This document shows, in pieces, positions 48,064-57,551 of a stretch of DNA of 64,000 nucleotides. The stretch comes from Candidatus Saccharicenans sp. (lineage in GTDB: Bacteria > Acidobacteriota > Aminicenantia > Aminicenantales > Saccharicenantaceae): contig JBASPX010000078.1 in NCBI GenBank assembly GCA_049659625.1, positions 4,128 through 68,127 of the forward strand, in the 5' to 3' direction. Made by a program: the position numbers and the translations under genes. Positions within the stretch are counted from its first letter, which is position 1; each line of letters begins with the position of its first letter. Below the pieces are notes generated by a model that did no database searches, was not told where the DNA came from, and was given only the letters and a program-made list of their open reading frames with translations.

Positions 48064-50709
48064 CTGATGAAAAACGTCTTGACCGTCCTCAAAAAAAATC
48101 GATTTTTTTTCAGGCCGCTGGCCTCAAGATTTTTAGCCTTTGTCTTAATCATTCTTATCTTCTCCCGGATATTCGTTTTCGCCGAAATCACTCCTCCCGA
48201 TAAATATCTCGGGTTCAGACCGGGAGACGATTTCAAACTGGCCGACTGGAGTAAAATCACCGGTTATTTCAAACTTCTGGCTCAGTCCTCGCCGCGGGTC
48301 AGAGTGGTCGAGCTCGGACAGACCACTCTCGGCCGGCCTCTGATCATGGCCATCATAACCGCCGAAGAAAACATGCCAGACCTGGAAAAATACCGGAAAA
48401 TACACGCGCGGCTGCATGACCCGAGAGGGCTCAGCCCCGAGGAGAAATCGCAGCTCGTAAAGCAAGGGAAAGCCATCGTCTACATAAGCTGTTCAATCCA
48501 TTCCACCGAGATCGCTGCTTCCCAGATGTCGATGGAACTCGCCTACCGACTGGCCAGCGAGAACAGTCCGGAAATCAAAAAAATACTCAGCGAGGTCATT
48601 CTGCTTCTGATTCCATCAGCCAACCCTGATGGCATCGACCTGGTGACCGACTGGTACTACCGCACGCTGGGAACGCCTTACGAAGGCAGTTCCATGCCCT
48701 GGCTTTATCATTATTACACCGGCCATGATAACAACCGGGACTGGTTCATGCTCACCCAGAAAGAAACTCAGCTGATGGCTAAGGTGCTCTATCAGGAATG
48801 GTATCCGCTGGTCGTTTATGACGTCCATCAGATGGGATCGACCGGACCGCGGCTGTTTCTTCCACCTTACCAGGACCCGATCAATCCGAACCTCGACCCG
48901 CTGCTGCTGAGAGAACTTTATCAGCTGACAGGTGAAGCCGTAATAAGCCTCACCCGCGAAGGCAAAACCGGCGTTTCCACCAGCACCATTTTTGACGGCT
49001 GGTACAACACAGCCAACAGAGCGGCTCCGCTGCGGCACAACGCCCTGGGCATACTTTCAGAAGCAGCCAGCGTGAACATAGCTTCCCCTGTTTTCATTCG
49101 ACCTTCAGAAATAAGAATCTCGGGCGGCGGAAACGAAATTCTCTCCACCAATCTCGAACCCTGGCCCGGCGGCTGGTGGCGGCTGCGCGACATAGTTGAG
49201 TACGAACTCATCGTGGCCATGTCCTTCCTGCGGACTGTTTCCGAGAAAAAAGAAAGATTCATGGAAAATTTCTGTCTGTTCGCCGAGCGGCAGATAAACA
49301 GGGGACTTACTGAGCCACTATACGCTTACCTCATACCGGAAGACCAGAAAGATCTCCCCACCGCTCTGAAACTTTTAGAAATCATCCAGAAAAACGGAGC
49401 GGAAGTTCATCAGGCCACCCGTGCTTTCAAGGCCGACGGTCTCGAATACCCTGCAGGCACCTACGTGATCCTTTTAGCCCAACCTTACCGTGCGTTCGTC
49501 AAGGATCTGCTCGAAAGCAAATCGTATCCGCTGCCCCCCGGCCGTGATCCGGCACAGTACCTCCCGTACGACGAAGCCAGCTGGACGCTGCCTCTGCAGA
49601 TGGGAGTGCGGGTGATTGAGGTTACCAACAAATTTGAAGCCAGCCTGAAACTCCTTCCTCCGGTGTCAGTTCCCGATAGCCAGATTTACGGCAGCGGAAA
49701 ATATTTTGTGGTGGACAGCGGAACCAACAACAGCGTTATTCTGGCTAACAGGCTCTTGAAAAAGAGTCTTCCGGCTGCTTACGCCGACCGGGAATTCTCC
49801 GCCGGCGGGAAAATCTTCAGGGCCGGAAGCCTGGTAGTCGAAAGAAGCCGGATAAGTCCGGCGCAGCTGACCTCTCTGGCCAGGGGCCTCGGTCTACGCA
49901 TTGAAAGCGTAGATTCGGTTTCACCGGCGAACCTCCGTCCGCTGAAACCATACCGCCTGGGTATCTACCAGCCCTGGACCGCGAGCATGGATGAAGGCTG
50001 GACACGCTGGGTGCTCGAGCAGTTTGAATTCAATTTCCAGGTGCTTCATAACGCTGAAATAAGAGCCGGACAGCTGGAGAAAAACTTTACCCACATAATC
50101 CTGCCGTCGATTTCAAGCCGCGTTATCCTTGAGGGCCGGCGCAAGGGTGAAGTTCCTCCCGAATATGCCGGCGGTCTCGGCATTGAAGGAGTTTCCGCTC
50201 TGATTTCCTTCGTCCAGAATGGCGGACAGCTCATAGCCGTAGAAAACTCAGGTGAGTTTGTCATCGAGTATTTCGGCCTTCCGCTGAGAAACATAATCGA
50301 GCCTCGACGGACGAGAGGCGGGGAAAGCGAACAGGCTTCCTCCCCTGACCGGGTCAGAGTTTATTCCCCTGGTTCGATACTGAAAGTTCTGGTTGACAGC
50401 TCGAAACCGGAAGCCTTCGGTCTGGATAAAGAAGTGGCCATCTTTTCCTACTTCAGCCCGGTGTTCGAAATTCTCAAGGCTGAAGCCCCGCACCCGGGAC
50501 CTAAGGTTCATAACCTTGCCTGGTATCCGCCTTACGACCCGCTGCTCAGCGGAATTTTGCTCAACGGCGATAAATTGAAGCATAAATCAGCAGCCGTGGT
50601 CTGCGATGTGGGAAAAGGCCGGGTGGTGCTCCTCGGGTTCAACGTGCTTCACCGGGCTCAGGCCCACGGCAGCTTTAAGTTCCTTTTTAACCCGATAATC
50701 TATCGGTGA
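48064..50709 (+). CDS. M14 family zinc carboxypeptidase with a large C-terminal extension, secreted
   Basis: ATG at 48064 with a GGAGGA RBS (the track start at 48013 is an extension). Signal peptide. HxxE zinc motif (SIHSTE) and M14-like core. Confidence 0.8.
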   Translation: MMKNVLTVLKKNRFFFRPLASRFLAFVLIILIFSRIFVFAEITPPDKYLGFRPGDDFKLADWSKITGYFKLLAQSSPRVRVVELGQTTLGRPLIMAIITAEENMPDLEKYRKIHARLHDPRGLSPEEKSQLVKQGKAIVYISCSIHSTEIAASQMSMELAYRLASENSPEIKKILSEVILLLIPSANPDGIDLVTDWYYRTLGTPYEGSSMPWLYHYYTGHDNNRDWFMLTQKETQLMAKVLYQEWYPLVVYDVHQMGSTGPRLFLPPYQDPINPNLDPLLLRELYQLTGEAVISLTREGKTGVSTSTIFDGWYNTANRAAPLRHNALGILSEAASVNIASPVFIRPSEIRISGGGNEILSTNLEPWPGGWWRLRDIVEYELIVAMSFLRTVSEKKERFMENFCLFAERQINRGLTEPLYAYLIPEDQKDLPTALKLLEIIQKNGAEVHQATRAFKADGLEYPAGTYVILLAQPYRAFVKDLLESKSYPLPPGRDPAQYLPYDEASWTLPLQMGVRVIEVTNKFEASLKLLPPVSVPDSQIYGSGKYFVVDSGTNNSVILANRLLKKSLPAAYADREFSAGGKIFRAGSLVVERSRISPAQLTSLARGLGLRIESVDSVSPANLRPLKPYRLGIYQPWTASMDEGWTRWVLEQFEFNFQVLHNAEIRAGQLEKNFTHIILPSISSRVILEGRRKGEVPPEYAGGLGIEGVSALISFVQNGGQLIAVENSGEFVIEYFGLPLRNIIEPRRTRGGESEQASSPDRVRVYSPGSILKVLVDSSKPEAFGLDKEVAIFSYFSPVFEILKAEAPHPGPKVHNLAWYPPYDPLLSGILLNGDKLKHKSAAVVCDVGKGRVVLLGFNVLHRAQAHGSFKFLFNPIIYR

Positions 50710-50791
50710 AAAATAAACCGATAAATCTTTCTCTGGAAGAAATAGATTAAACCGGGCTAAAAACCACAGAAATCTACCGGAGGAGGGAACG

Positions 50792-51622
50792 ATGGAAACC
50801 GGCCGTAAAATGAAAATCGCGCTCATCCAGCAGGCAAACACCGGAGACCGCGAACACAACCTCAAGCGAGGACTGGAAGCTCTGGATAAAGCCGCCCGGG
50901 CTGGAGCACGTCTGGTCGTTTTCCCGGAACTTTCATTCCTCCCTTTCCTGCCGCAGCATCCGGCCAGACCGGGTTTTGAAATCCAGGCGGAAGAAGTACC
51001 GGGACCCACCACCGCGATCATCTCGCAGAAGGCAGCTGAACTCGGGGTGGCGGTGGTCTTCAACCTGCTGGAGATACACGAAGGAAAAACATACGATTCC
51101 TCTCCGGTAATCGACAGCGACGGCCGGCTCATCGGTCTCAACAGAATGGTTCATGTGATGGAAGCACCGGGTTTTCACGAAAAAGGTTATTATCATCCGG
51201 GAGACCTGGGAGCCGGCGTTTTTGAAACTTCGGCCGGGCGGCTGGGGGTGGCCATCTGCTACGACCGGCACTTTCCGGAGTACATGAGAGTCCTGGCTCT
51301 GAAGGGGGCTGAACTGGTGGTTATTCCTCAGGCAGGGGCAAAAGGCGAATGGCCGCCAGGTTTGTTTGAAGCGGAACTTCAGGTGGCAGCTTTTCAGAAT
51401 GGTTATTTCATAGCTTTAGCTAACAGGGTGGGACGCGAAGAAGTGGTGGATTTTGAGGGAGGTTCGCTTGTGGTCGACCCCTCAGGTCAGATTATAGCCA
51501 GAGCGGGAAAAGACAGGGAAGAAATTCTGCTGACCGAAGTTGACTTCAGCCTGATCGACAGCTGCCCGGCTCGCAGGCATTTTCTCCCGGACCGCCGCCC
51601 TGAAATCTATAACCGACTTTGA
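50792..51622 (+). CDS. Carbon-nitrogen hydrolase family protein (nitrilase/amidase superfamily)
   Basis: MKIALIQQ...LVVFPELSF catalytic Glu region. Catalytic Lys and Cys (AICYDRHFPE) patterns. GGAGG RBS. Confidence 0.8.
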   Translation: METGRKMKIALIQQANTGDREHNLKRGLEALDKAARAGARLVVFPELSFLPFLPQHPARPGFEIQAEEVPGPTTAIISQKAAELGVAVVFNLLEIHEGKTYDSSPVIDSDGRLIGLNRMVHVMEAPGFHEKGYYHPGDLGAGVFETSAGRLGVAICYDRHFPEYMRVLALKGAELVVIPQAGAKGEWPPGLFEAELQVAAFQNGYFIALANRVGREEVVDFEGGSLVVDPSGQIIARAGKDREEILLTEVDFSLIDSCPARRHFLPDRRPEIYNRL

Positions 51623-51782
51623 GTCTACAGGATCGAGGTCGAAATTCAATAGAAATTTTTTCTAAGGTATAATGTATTAAGCATAATGAATAAGCCAAAA
51701 AATCCCCAGATCAATAAAAGCTCCAGGAAAAAAATATCTCTTGGCGGAATCAGTAAAAAAAAGTCAGAATAAAGGAGGGCTG

Positions 51783-52151
51783 ATGAAAATACTGAAGATT
51801 TTAGCTTCAGGTCTTCTTCTCTTCTTTCTGTCGCTCCCGCTTCTGGCTAACAGATCTTCTGTGAAGATCGAGGCTCCAGCTGTGGTGAAGGCCGGCGAGG
51901 AAGTGACCATAGTCATCCACGTCAGCCACCGTGGAAACAGCCGCCTGCATTACACCAACCGTCTGGTGGTCCTGGCTAACAAGAAGGAAATAGCCCGCTG
52001 GAACTTTACTTCCAGTCAATTGCCAGAGAACGAGAATTTTTCCAGGGAAATTAAGCTAAAAATTGAAGAGGAAACCGAGATCATAGCCGAGGCCAGCTGC
52101 AACCTTCACGGCAGCGCCGGGCCGGCTTCAGCCAAAATCAAAATAGAATAA
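51783..52151 (+). CDS. Small secreted hypothetical protein (beta-sandwich-like, 122 aa)
   Basis: AAAGGAGGG RBS. Signal peptide MKILKILASGLLLFFLSLPLLA. His-rich segment VTIVIHVSHRGNSRLH. Confidence 0.45.
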   Translation: MKILKILASGLLLFFLSLPLLANRSSVKIEAPAVVKAGEEVTIVIHVSHRGNSRLHYTNRLVVLANKKEIARWNFTSSQLPENENFSREIKLKIEEETEIIAEASCNLHGSAGPASAKIKIE

Positions 52152-52164
52152 AGGGAGGAAAAGC

Positions 52165-52347
52165 ATGACTCTGGCTGGAATTTCCCTTGTACTGCTTTTA
52201 GGTATAATCAATCTGATCCTGGTGGTTTTTCAGGTCAGCACCGGAAAGAAATGGCTCAAGGTTAATTTTACCTGGCACCGTCGCCTGGGGATATTGCTTC
52301 TTTTTACGGCGATCACTCACGCGGTTCTCGCCTATCTATCCCGTTGA
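52165..52347 (+). CDS. Small two-TM membrane protein (60 aa), translationally coupled to the upstream gene
   Basis: AAGGGAGG RBS, 13 nt after the upstream stop. Two hydrophobic helices. Confidence 0.4.
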   Translation: MTLAGISLVLLLGIINLILVVFQVSTGKKWLKVNFTWHRRLGILLLFTAITHAVLAYLSR

Positions 52348-52418
52348 GCTTGAGGTTTAATCCTTCAGGATCTGTCAGTCTGATCTCTGCCACCATCGCC
52401 TGGCTTTTACGGACGGGT

Positions 52419-54887
52419 TCAGTCAGACTCTTTTTTCACAATTTTATAAAGACTCATCGGTCCGGTTTCAAACTCAATCTTATTTCCGGTCATCCTATAT
52501 TCCACTGGAGCACCGCTCGTAGTCATATTTCCTGAAAAATATTCTCTTATTGGCCCCAGGCTTATCACTTCAACCTGAGACCAGCTTGAGGGCAGATGGA
52601 CCACGGCTTTAAGGGGTGAGCTGGTAGGATTTACCAGCCTTATTCGTCCATCCCCGTCCCAGATCTCCTGCAGGTCAAAATGTTCTACCCGGACCCCTTT
52701 TTCAAAAATCTTCAGATAGGGAATTTCGAAAAGGTTAGAAACTACCACCAGCCCATCATCGTCCTCGTAGAATTTCTGACTGTAAGTATTATAATGGCCG
52801 CAGAACTCATACTTCCCTCCGGTGGCCTCCTTCATCTTTTTGTTGGCTTCGAGCGAATGCCAGAGAAGCTGATGAGCGTAATCCAGATACATCTTTTTCC
52901 CTGTATGCTTGTAGCCAGCGACGATGGCCTCCATGATCCAGGGGATGTAGGTAGGTGCGGTGGCTACCGAGGAATCGGTCCCGGTGGTGGGCTCGCCAAA
53001 CTGTCCGGTCCAGTCTCCATCCTTCCTGGCCACTCCTCCTTTAAGCCAGTAAAATTCAGGCGGGAATTTATCCATATGGACAAACGACATCAACAGGGCA
53101 TCGAGAATTTTCTCCGCTTCGCGGCGCCATTTTTCTTCCCCGGTGTAATCATAAAGACGGAAAAGGGCCTTGGCGGCGAAAGCATAAACGTTGACTGAGG
53201 GCTCCCCAGCATGGTCTTCCAGCAGCAGGCCGTAATTTTCCAGCACCTGCAGTTGATTCTCCATGGCTTCCACCGCCCGCTGGAGATATTTCTTATCGCC
53301 GGTAAAAGAATAAGCGCTGAGCATCACATCTATTCCGAATTCGCAGGCGTCAAAGGTGTTGAGGTCGTCTTTCCAGATAAGTTTTGGTGGCCTGGTGGTC
53401 GGGTCGACCACAGCTCTCCAGTACCATCTTTTTCCATCAGGATTCCACATCAGACCTGAATACACCTTCTCAAAATTAACCAGCAGCGTTTCGCGGACTT
53501 TCTGCCTTCCGGTAAGAGGATATTCAGCCAGCAGCGATTCCACGTTGTAAGGCTGGGACCAGAGGAAACACTGTCTCTGTTTAACATCCACTGTTTGATC
53601 CATGAAATAACCGTAGAACGGATGGTCCGGCGAATTCCAGCGCATTTTTTCCATATAATAATTATTTGCGTTTATGGTGTACTGCAGCCAGGAACGGTCG
53701 CCGCTCACGTAGAACATCGTCATAAAGGCTTTCCCCGTCATCTCGTTATGCCAGTCGTTCGTCGGCCATTCATAGGCATGGTAAACCCAACCCTCTTTGG
53801 TGATGGTTCTCGGGACATTGCTCACCAGGTATTCTTCAACCTTATCCAGGTCAACCCTCTCAAAAGTTATTCCATCGGTCTTCAGGTAACGCTCATACCT
53901 GGAATAAATGTTCTCATCGGAAAAAGTGGCCACCATATTAAATCTGGCTTCTTCCTGCGGCCTGATCTTCGTCGCCTTCCAGACGAAGAGCCCGTGCTGA
54001 TGGAGAATCCACCAGCCGCCGGTCCAGTAATTGCTGGTGGTGTCCCTTTTAATCTTCCAGGGGAGCATGCCGGAGGCGGCCAGACCGTCTCCCCGTACGG
54101 TGAAAGTATAATTGTCGGTAAACCCGAGAGGCTCTATATTGCGCGAGCAAAGAAGTTCAGGCGGACCAAAAGCCGTGTCGATGATCCGGTTGGCCGGAAG
54201 TGTCAGCAGGTTGATGTACTGGATCTCCTGATCCTGATTATTCTTCACGGTGTGGTCAAAATACAGATTCGGCCCGCTGAGGCTTATTTCCACCCGGTGA
54301 GTCAAACCCTGTCCCTTGTCAGCCGTGAGCACCAGAATCTGCCCCTTCTTCTTATCATTTATAATTTCATGTTTCTCAAAATATACATACCATCTGTATG
54401 AAGGATTTTTTTCCGACTCTTTGGCATTCCACATCGAAAGAAACGGATTGTCGGGATAACTCTCCGGTTGTCCGACCAGTCCGATGACATCGTTAGAGCT
54501 CAGCGTGGGGTACATTTCTCTGGCCCGGTCCCAGCCTAAATAACGATAACAGAGCTCTCCCCGGTAGCGGAGCTCCTGCAGGTAATAGCCGTTCCAGCGA
54601 GGGTCAAGCTCCCGCACTTCCGGTGGATTCTCGAAGGAATTGACGGCCTGATGTCCCTTCCAGACGTCAACAAAATCCAGCCTGAGGTAAATCAATCCAT
54701 TGTCCATCTCAATAACGTCTCCGGGGGAGTCCTGTCCATCTCCGTCGTGGTCATGCCAGACGATGCTTACCTGTTTACCTTCTCGCGAAGCGGTTCCCAG
54801 CAGATAGTAAATCAACAGCAGAATCAGAATCACCACCAGAATTATGATGAAGGCCATCCATATTACTTTTTCAGGCTTGATATTCAT
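52419..54887 (-). CDS. Large membrane-anchored hypothetical protein (822 aa), possible polysaccharide lyase or hydrolase-like (alpha/alpha toroid plus beta-sandwich), function unknown
   Basis: N-terminal TM anchor (IWMAFIIILVVILILLLIYYLL), strong AAGGAGGGGAGA SD. Trp/Tyr-rich body typical of carbohydrate-active folds, but no definitive motif. Confidence 0.6.
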   Translation of the reverse strand: MNIKPEKVIWMAFIIILVVILILLLIYYLLGTASREGKQVSIVWHDHDGDGQDSPGDVIEMDNGLIYLRLDFVDVWKGHQAVNSFENPPEVRELDPRWNGYYLQELRYRGELCYRYLGWDRAREMYPTLSSNDVIGLVGQPESYPDNPFLSMWNAKESEKNPSYRWYVYFEKHEIINDKKKGQILVLTADKGQGLTHRVEISLSGPNLYFDHTVKNNQDQEIQYINLLTLPANRIIDTAFGPPELLCSRNIEPLGFTDNYTFTVRGDGLAASGMLPWKIKRDTTSNYWTGGWWILHQHGLFVWKATKIRPQEEARFNMVATFSDENIYSRYERYLKTDGITFERVDLDKVEEYLVSNVPRTITKEGWVYHAYEWPTNDWHNEMTGKAFMTMFYVSGDRSWLQYTINANNYYMEKMRWNSPDHPFYGYFMDQTVDVKQRQCFLWSQPYNVESLLAEYPLTGRQKVRETLLVNFEKVYSGLMWNPDGKRWYWRAVVDPTTRPPKLIWKDDLNTFDACEFGIDVMLSAYSFTGDKKYLQRAVEAMENQLQVLENYGLLLEDHAGEPSVNVYAFAAKALFRLYDYTGEEKWRREAEKILDALLMSFVHMDKFPPEFYWLKGGVARKDGDWTGQFGEPTTGTDSSVATAPTYIPWIMEAIVAGYKHTGKKMYLDYAHQLLWHSLEANKKMKEATGGKYEFCGHYNTYSQKFYEDDDGLVVVSNLFEIPYLKIFEKGVRVEHFDLQEIWDGDGRIRLVNPTSSPLKAVVHLPSSWSQVEVISLGPIREYFSGNMTTSGAPVEYRMTGNKIEFETGPMSLYKIVKKESD

Positions 54888-55163
54888 CTTCTCCCCTCCT
54901 TTTTAATTCTAAAAAATGCTCTTCCTCTAACAGAAAAATCGTCCTCGCTCCGATCTCCTTTTCGCTTGACCGCAAATTTGAGAATAGAAAATCTGGACAA
55001 AACCACAACAGAAATTTCTTTTCCACAGAAAAGTTTATGGAAGGGCCAGCGTTGAGTCAAGCCTGAAGGTTCAGACAGCAAAATGTCTGCGCGCGAAAAT
55101 CTGGAGAAAACTTCTCGATGTTCAGATCCTGATTCCAGCGCCCGCCCGGCTTGAAGGGCAAGT

Positions 55164-56363
55164 TCACCTGTTAAGACGCTTTTTCAGCGCCCTGGTCAGC
55201 GCCGGAACCACCACAAACAGGTCTCCGACGATTCCGTAATCGGCAATCTTGAAAATCGGAGCTTCTGGGTCTTTATTTATGGCCACGATCACCTTGCTCG
55301 TGCGCATTCCGGCCTGATGCTGTATGGCCCCGCTGATGCCGCAGGCAATGTAAAGGTCGGGCCTGACCGTCCTTCCGGTCTGACCGACCTGATGGGCATA
55401 GGATATCCAGCCGGCGTCTACCGCGGCTCTGGAGGCGCCGACCGCGCCGCCCAGAACATCAGCCAGTTCTCTGATGACGCTAAAACCTTCCGGTCCTTTA
55501 ACTCCGCGGCCTCCGGAAACGATGATCCGGGCGTCGGCCAGGTTGACCTCGCTCTTTTCCACGATCAGGTCAAGAACTTTGGTGGCGATTTCTTCCTCTA
55601 ACATCACCGGCTTCTCCCGGATTATCTCCCCCTGGCGCGACGGGTCAGCAACCGGCATTTCAAACACATGATGTCTGACCGTGGCCATCTGCGGCCGGTG
55701 ATTCTGGCATTTGATGGTGGCCATGATGTTGCCGCCAAAAGCCGGACGTATCTGAAGCAACAGATTGCTGCCCTCTTCAATTTCCAGCCCGGTGCAATCA
55801 GCCGTCAGCCCGGTATAGAGGTAGGTGGCCACCGCTCCGGCCAGGTCACGGCCGCGGGTGCTGGCGCCGAGCAGGAAAATTTCCGGACGGTATTTTTTTA
55901 CCAGCTCCACCAGACATCTGGCATACGGGTCTGTGCGGTAAATCCGAAGCGTCGGGTCGTCCACCAGAATAACTCTGTCCGCTCCATAGGCGATGGCTTC
56001 CCGCGCGATCGATTCCGCCTGATGACCGAGCACGCAGGCAGTTAGCGTTGTACCTCTCCTGTCGGCCAGACGTCTTCCTTCGCCGATCATCTCCCAGGAG
56101 ATGGAAGCCGCATGGCCGTCGTACTGTTCAACCCAGACCCAGACTCCCTGGTAAGCTCCCAGGTCGGGTTTTTCGGCTTTTTCCACCTGCGGCAGGCTCA
56201 GAGCTCCAGTCGGGCATTCAGGAACACAGGCGCCGCAGCCGGTGCAGGCTTCACTGACCTCAATTATTCCGTCACTTCCCAGACTGAGCGCGCCAAAAGG
56301 ACAGACCTGAAGGCAGACGCCGCAGCCGGTGCAGAGTTCTCTGTTTATCTGAAGCAAAGCCAT
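55164..56363 (-). CDS. etfA: Electron transfer flavoprotein alpha subunit (FixB-type) with N-terminal 2x[4Fe-4S] ferredoxin domain
   Basis: N-terminal CTGCGVCLQVCP and CTGCGACVPECP motifs, then the ETF alpha FAD-binding domain. Confidence 0.85.
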   Translation of the reverse strand: MALLQINRELCTGCGVCLQVCPFGALSLGSDGIIEVSEACTGCGACVPECPTGALSLPQVEKAEKPDLGAYQGVWVWVEQYDGHAASISWEMIGEGRRLADRRGTTLTACVLGHQAESIAREAIAYGADRVILVDDPTLRIYRTDPYARCLVELVKKYRPEIFLLGASTRGRDLAGAVATYLYTGLTADCTGLEIEEGSNLLLQIRPAFGGNIMATIKCQNHRPQMATVRHHVFEMPVADPSRQGEIIREKPVMLEEEIATKVLDLIVEKSEVNLADARIIVSGGRGVKGPEGFSVIRELADVLGGAVGASRAAVDAGWISYAHQVGQTGRTVRPDLYIACGISGAIQHQAGMRTSKVIVAINKDPEAPIFKIADYGIVGDLFVVVPALTRALKKRLNR

Positions 56364-56372
56364 GGTCGCACC

Positions 56373-57194
56373 TCACACAATGATTTTTTCGGCGATAAGT
56401 TTTTCCGCCAGAATTTCTGCCATCTGCTCGACCGAGTCTCCCTGAATAATCTCGCATTTTCCGGGGCGTGGCGGCGGAGTTTCAATTTTAACCACTCGCG
56501 TGGGCGATCCGTTAAGTCCGATCAGGTTCGGGTCAACATTGAGGTCCTTCGAGGTCCAGACCGGAATCTGAACTTTTTGTGCCCTTCTGATTCCGAGGAT
56601 TGTGGGATAACGCGGCTGGTTGATATCCTTCACCACAGTTATCAGGCAGGGAAGCGCCGAACGAACGACTTCTCTTCCCTCTTCCACCAGCCTCTCCACT
56701 TCAATCAGTTTTTTCTCGAAATCTATGCTGGCTATTTTGCAGACATAGGTTAACTGGTTGATCCGCAACTGGGTGGCAATCCCCGGACCCGTCTGTCCGG
56801 TATCACCGTCAATCGCCTGGCGTCCGCAAAAAATCACATCAAAATTTCCTATTTTTCTGATAGCTGCAGCCAGAGTGTAAGCGGTGGCCCAGGTATCGGC
56901 TCCGGCAAAGGCCGGGTCGCTCAGCAGAATAGCTTCGTCCGCGCCCATGGCGATGGCTTCTTTCAGAGCGCTCATCGCCTGCGGCGGCCCCATGCTGATT
57001 ACCGTCACCTTTCCTCCGAACTTCTCCCTCAACCTCAGCGCTTCCTCGATGGCATAGGTATCGAAGGGGTTGATGATGCTCGGAACTCCTTCCCTGATAA
57101 GAGTTCCTCTTTCCGGGTCAATCTTCACTTCGGTGGTTTCTGGAACCTGCTTGATACAAACAATCGCCTGCACGCCTGACCTCCTTTTATTCAA
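56373..57194 (-). CDS. etfB: Electron transfer flavoprotein beta subunit (FixA-type)
   Basis: 273 aa with an ETF beta-like N-terminus (IVCIKQVPETTEVKIDPERGTLIREGVPSIINPFD). Confidence 0.85.
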   Translation of the reverse strand: MNKRRSGVQAIVCIKQVPETTEVKIDPERGTLIREGVPSIINPFDTYAIEEALRLREKFGGKVTVISMGPPQAMSALKEAIAMGADEAILLSDPAFAGADTWATAYTLAAAIRKIGNFDVIFCGRQAIDGDTGQTGPGIATQLRINQLTYVCKIASIDFEKKLIEVERLVEEGREVVRSALPCLITVVKDINQPRYPTILGIRRAQKVQIPVWTSKDLNVDPNLIGLNGSPTRVVKIETPPPRPGKCEIIQGDSVEQMAEILAEKLIAEKIIV

Positions 57195-57265
57195 TTGACC
57201 GCAGAACCTGTTCTCTGCCTTTTCCGTGGGCTGCCCTGATCTGCCCGCCGGAACAGGCTGACGGC

Positions 57266-57295
57266 GCGCCGGTCGCCCGGCGCCCTTAATTTTTT
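57266..57295 (+). terminator. Orphan terminator-like hairpin (GCGCCGG-tcgc-CCGGCGC followed by a T-rich tract) with no + strand gene upstream
   Basis: Seen directly. Lies in the etfB/patB divergent spacer, upstream of a TTGTCA-17-TAAAAT promoter for the 57552 gene. Confidence 0.3.
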
Positions 57296-57551
57296 AAATT
57301 TCGGAGAAATATAATTCAGCCGGCCAGAGATGTCAAGAATTTAAGGTCAAGCCCGGCTGTCCTGCCGACCCCGCTTCCAGCCAGATCCCGCCAGAGAATC
57401 TGGCCCTTTACCCTCCACAGACATCGGCACGTCCTCGGTAAAAACCGATTCTCCCCGGAATGGATTTTTCAACCCTTGTCAACCTTAATTTTCTCAACTA
57501 AAATAAAGGCTAATCTTTTCCCTTTACGGTCAATCAAAAGGCATAAAGGAT

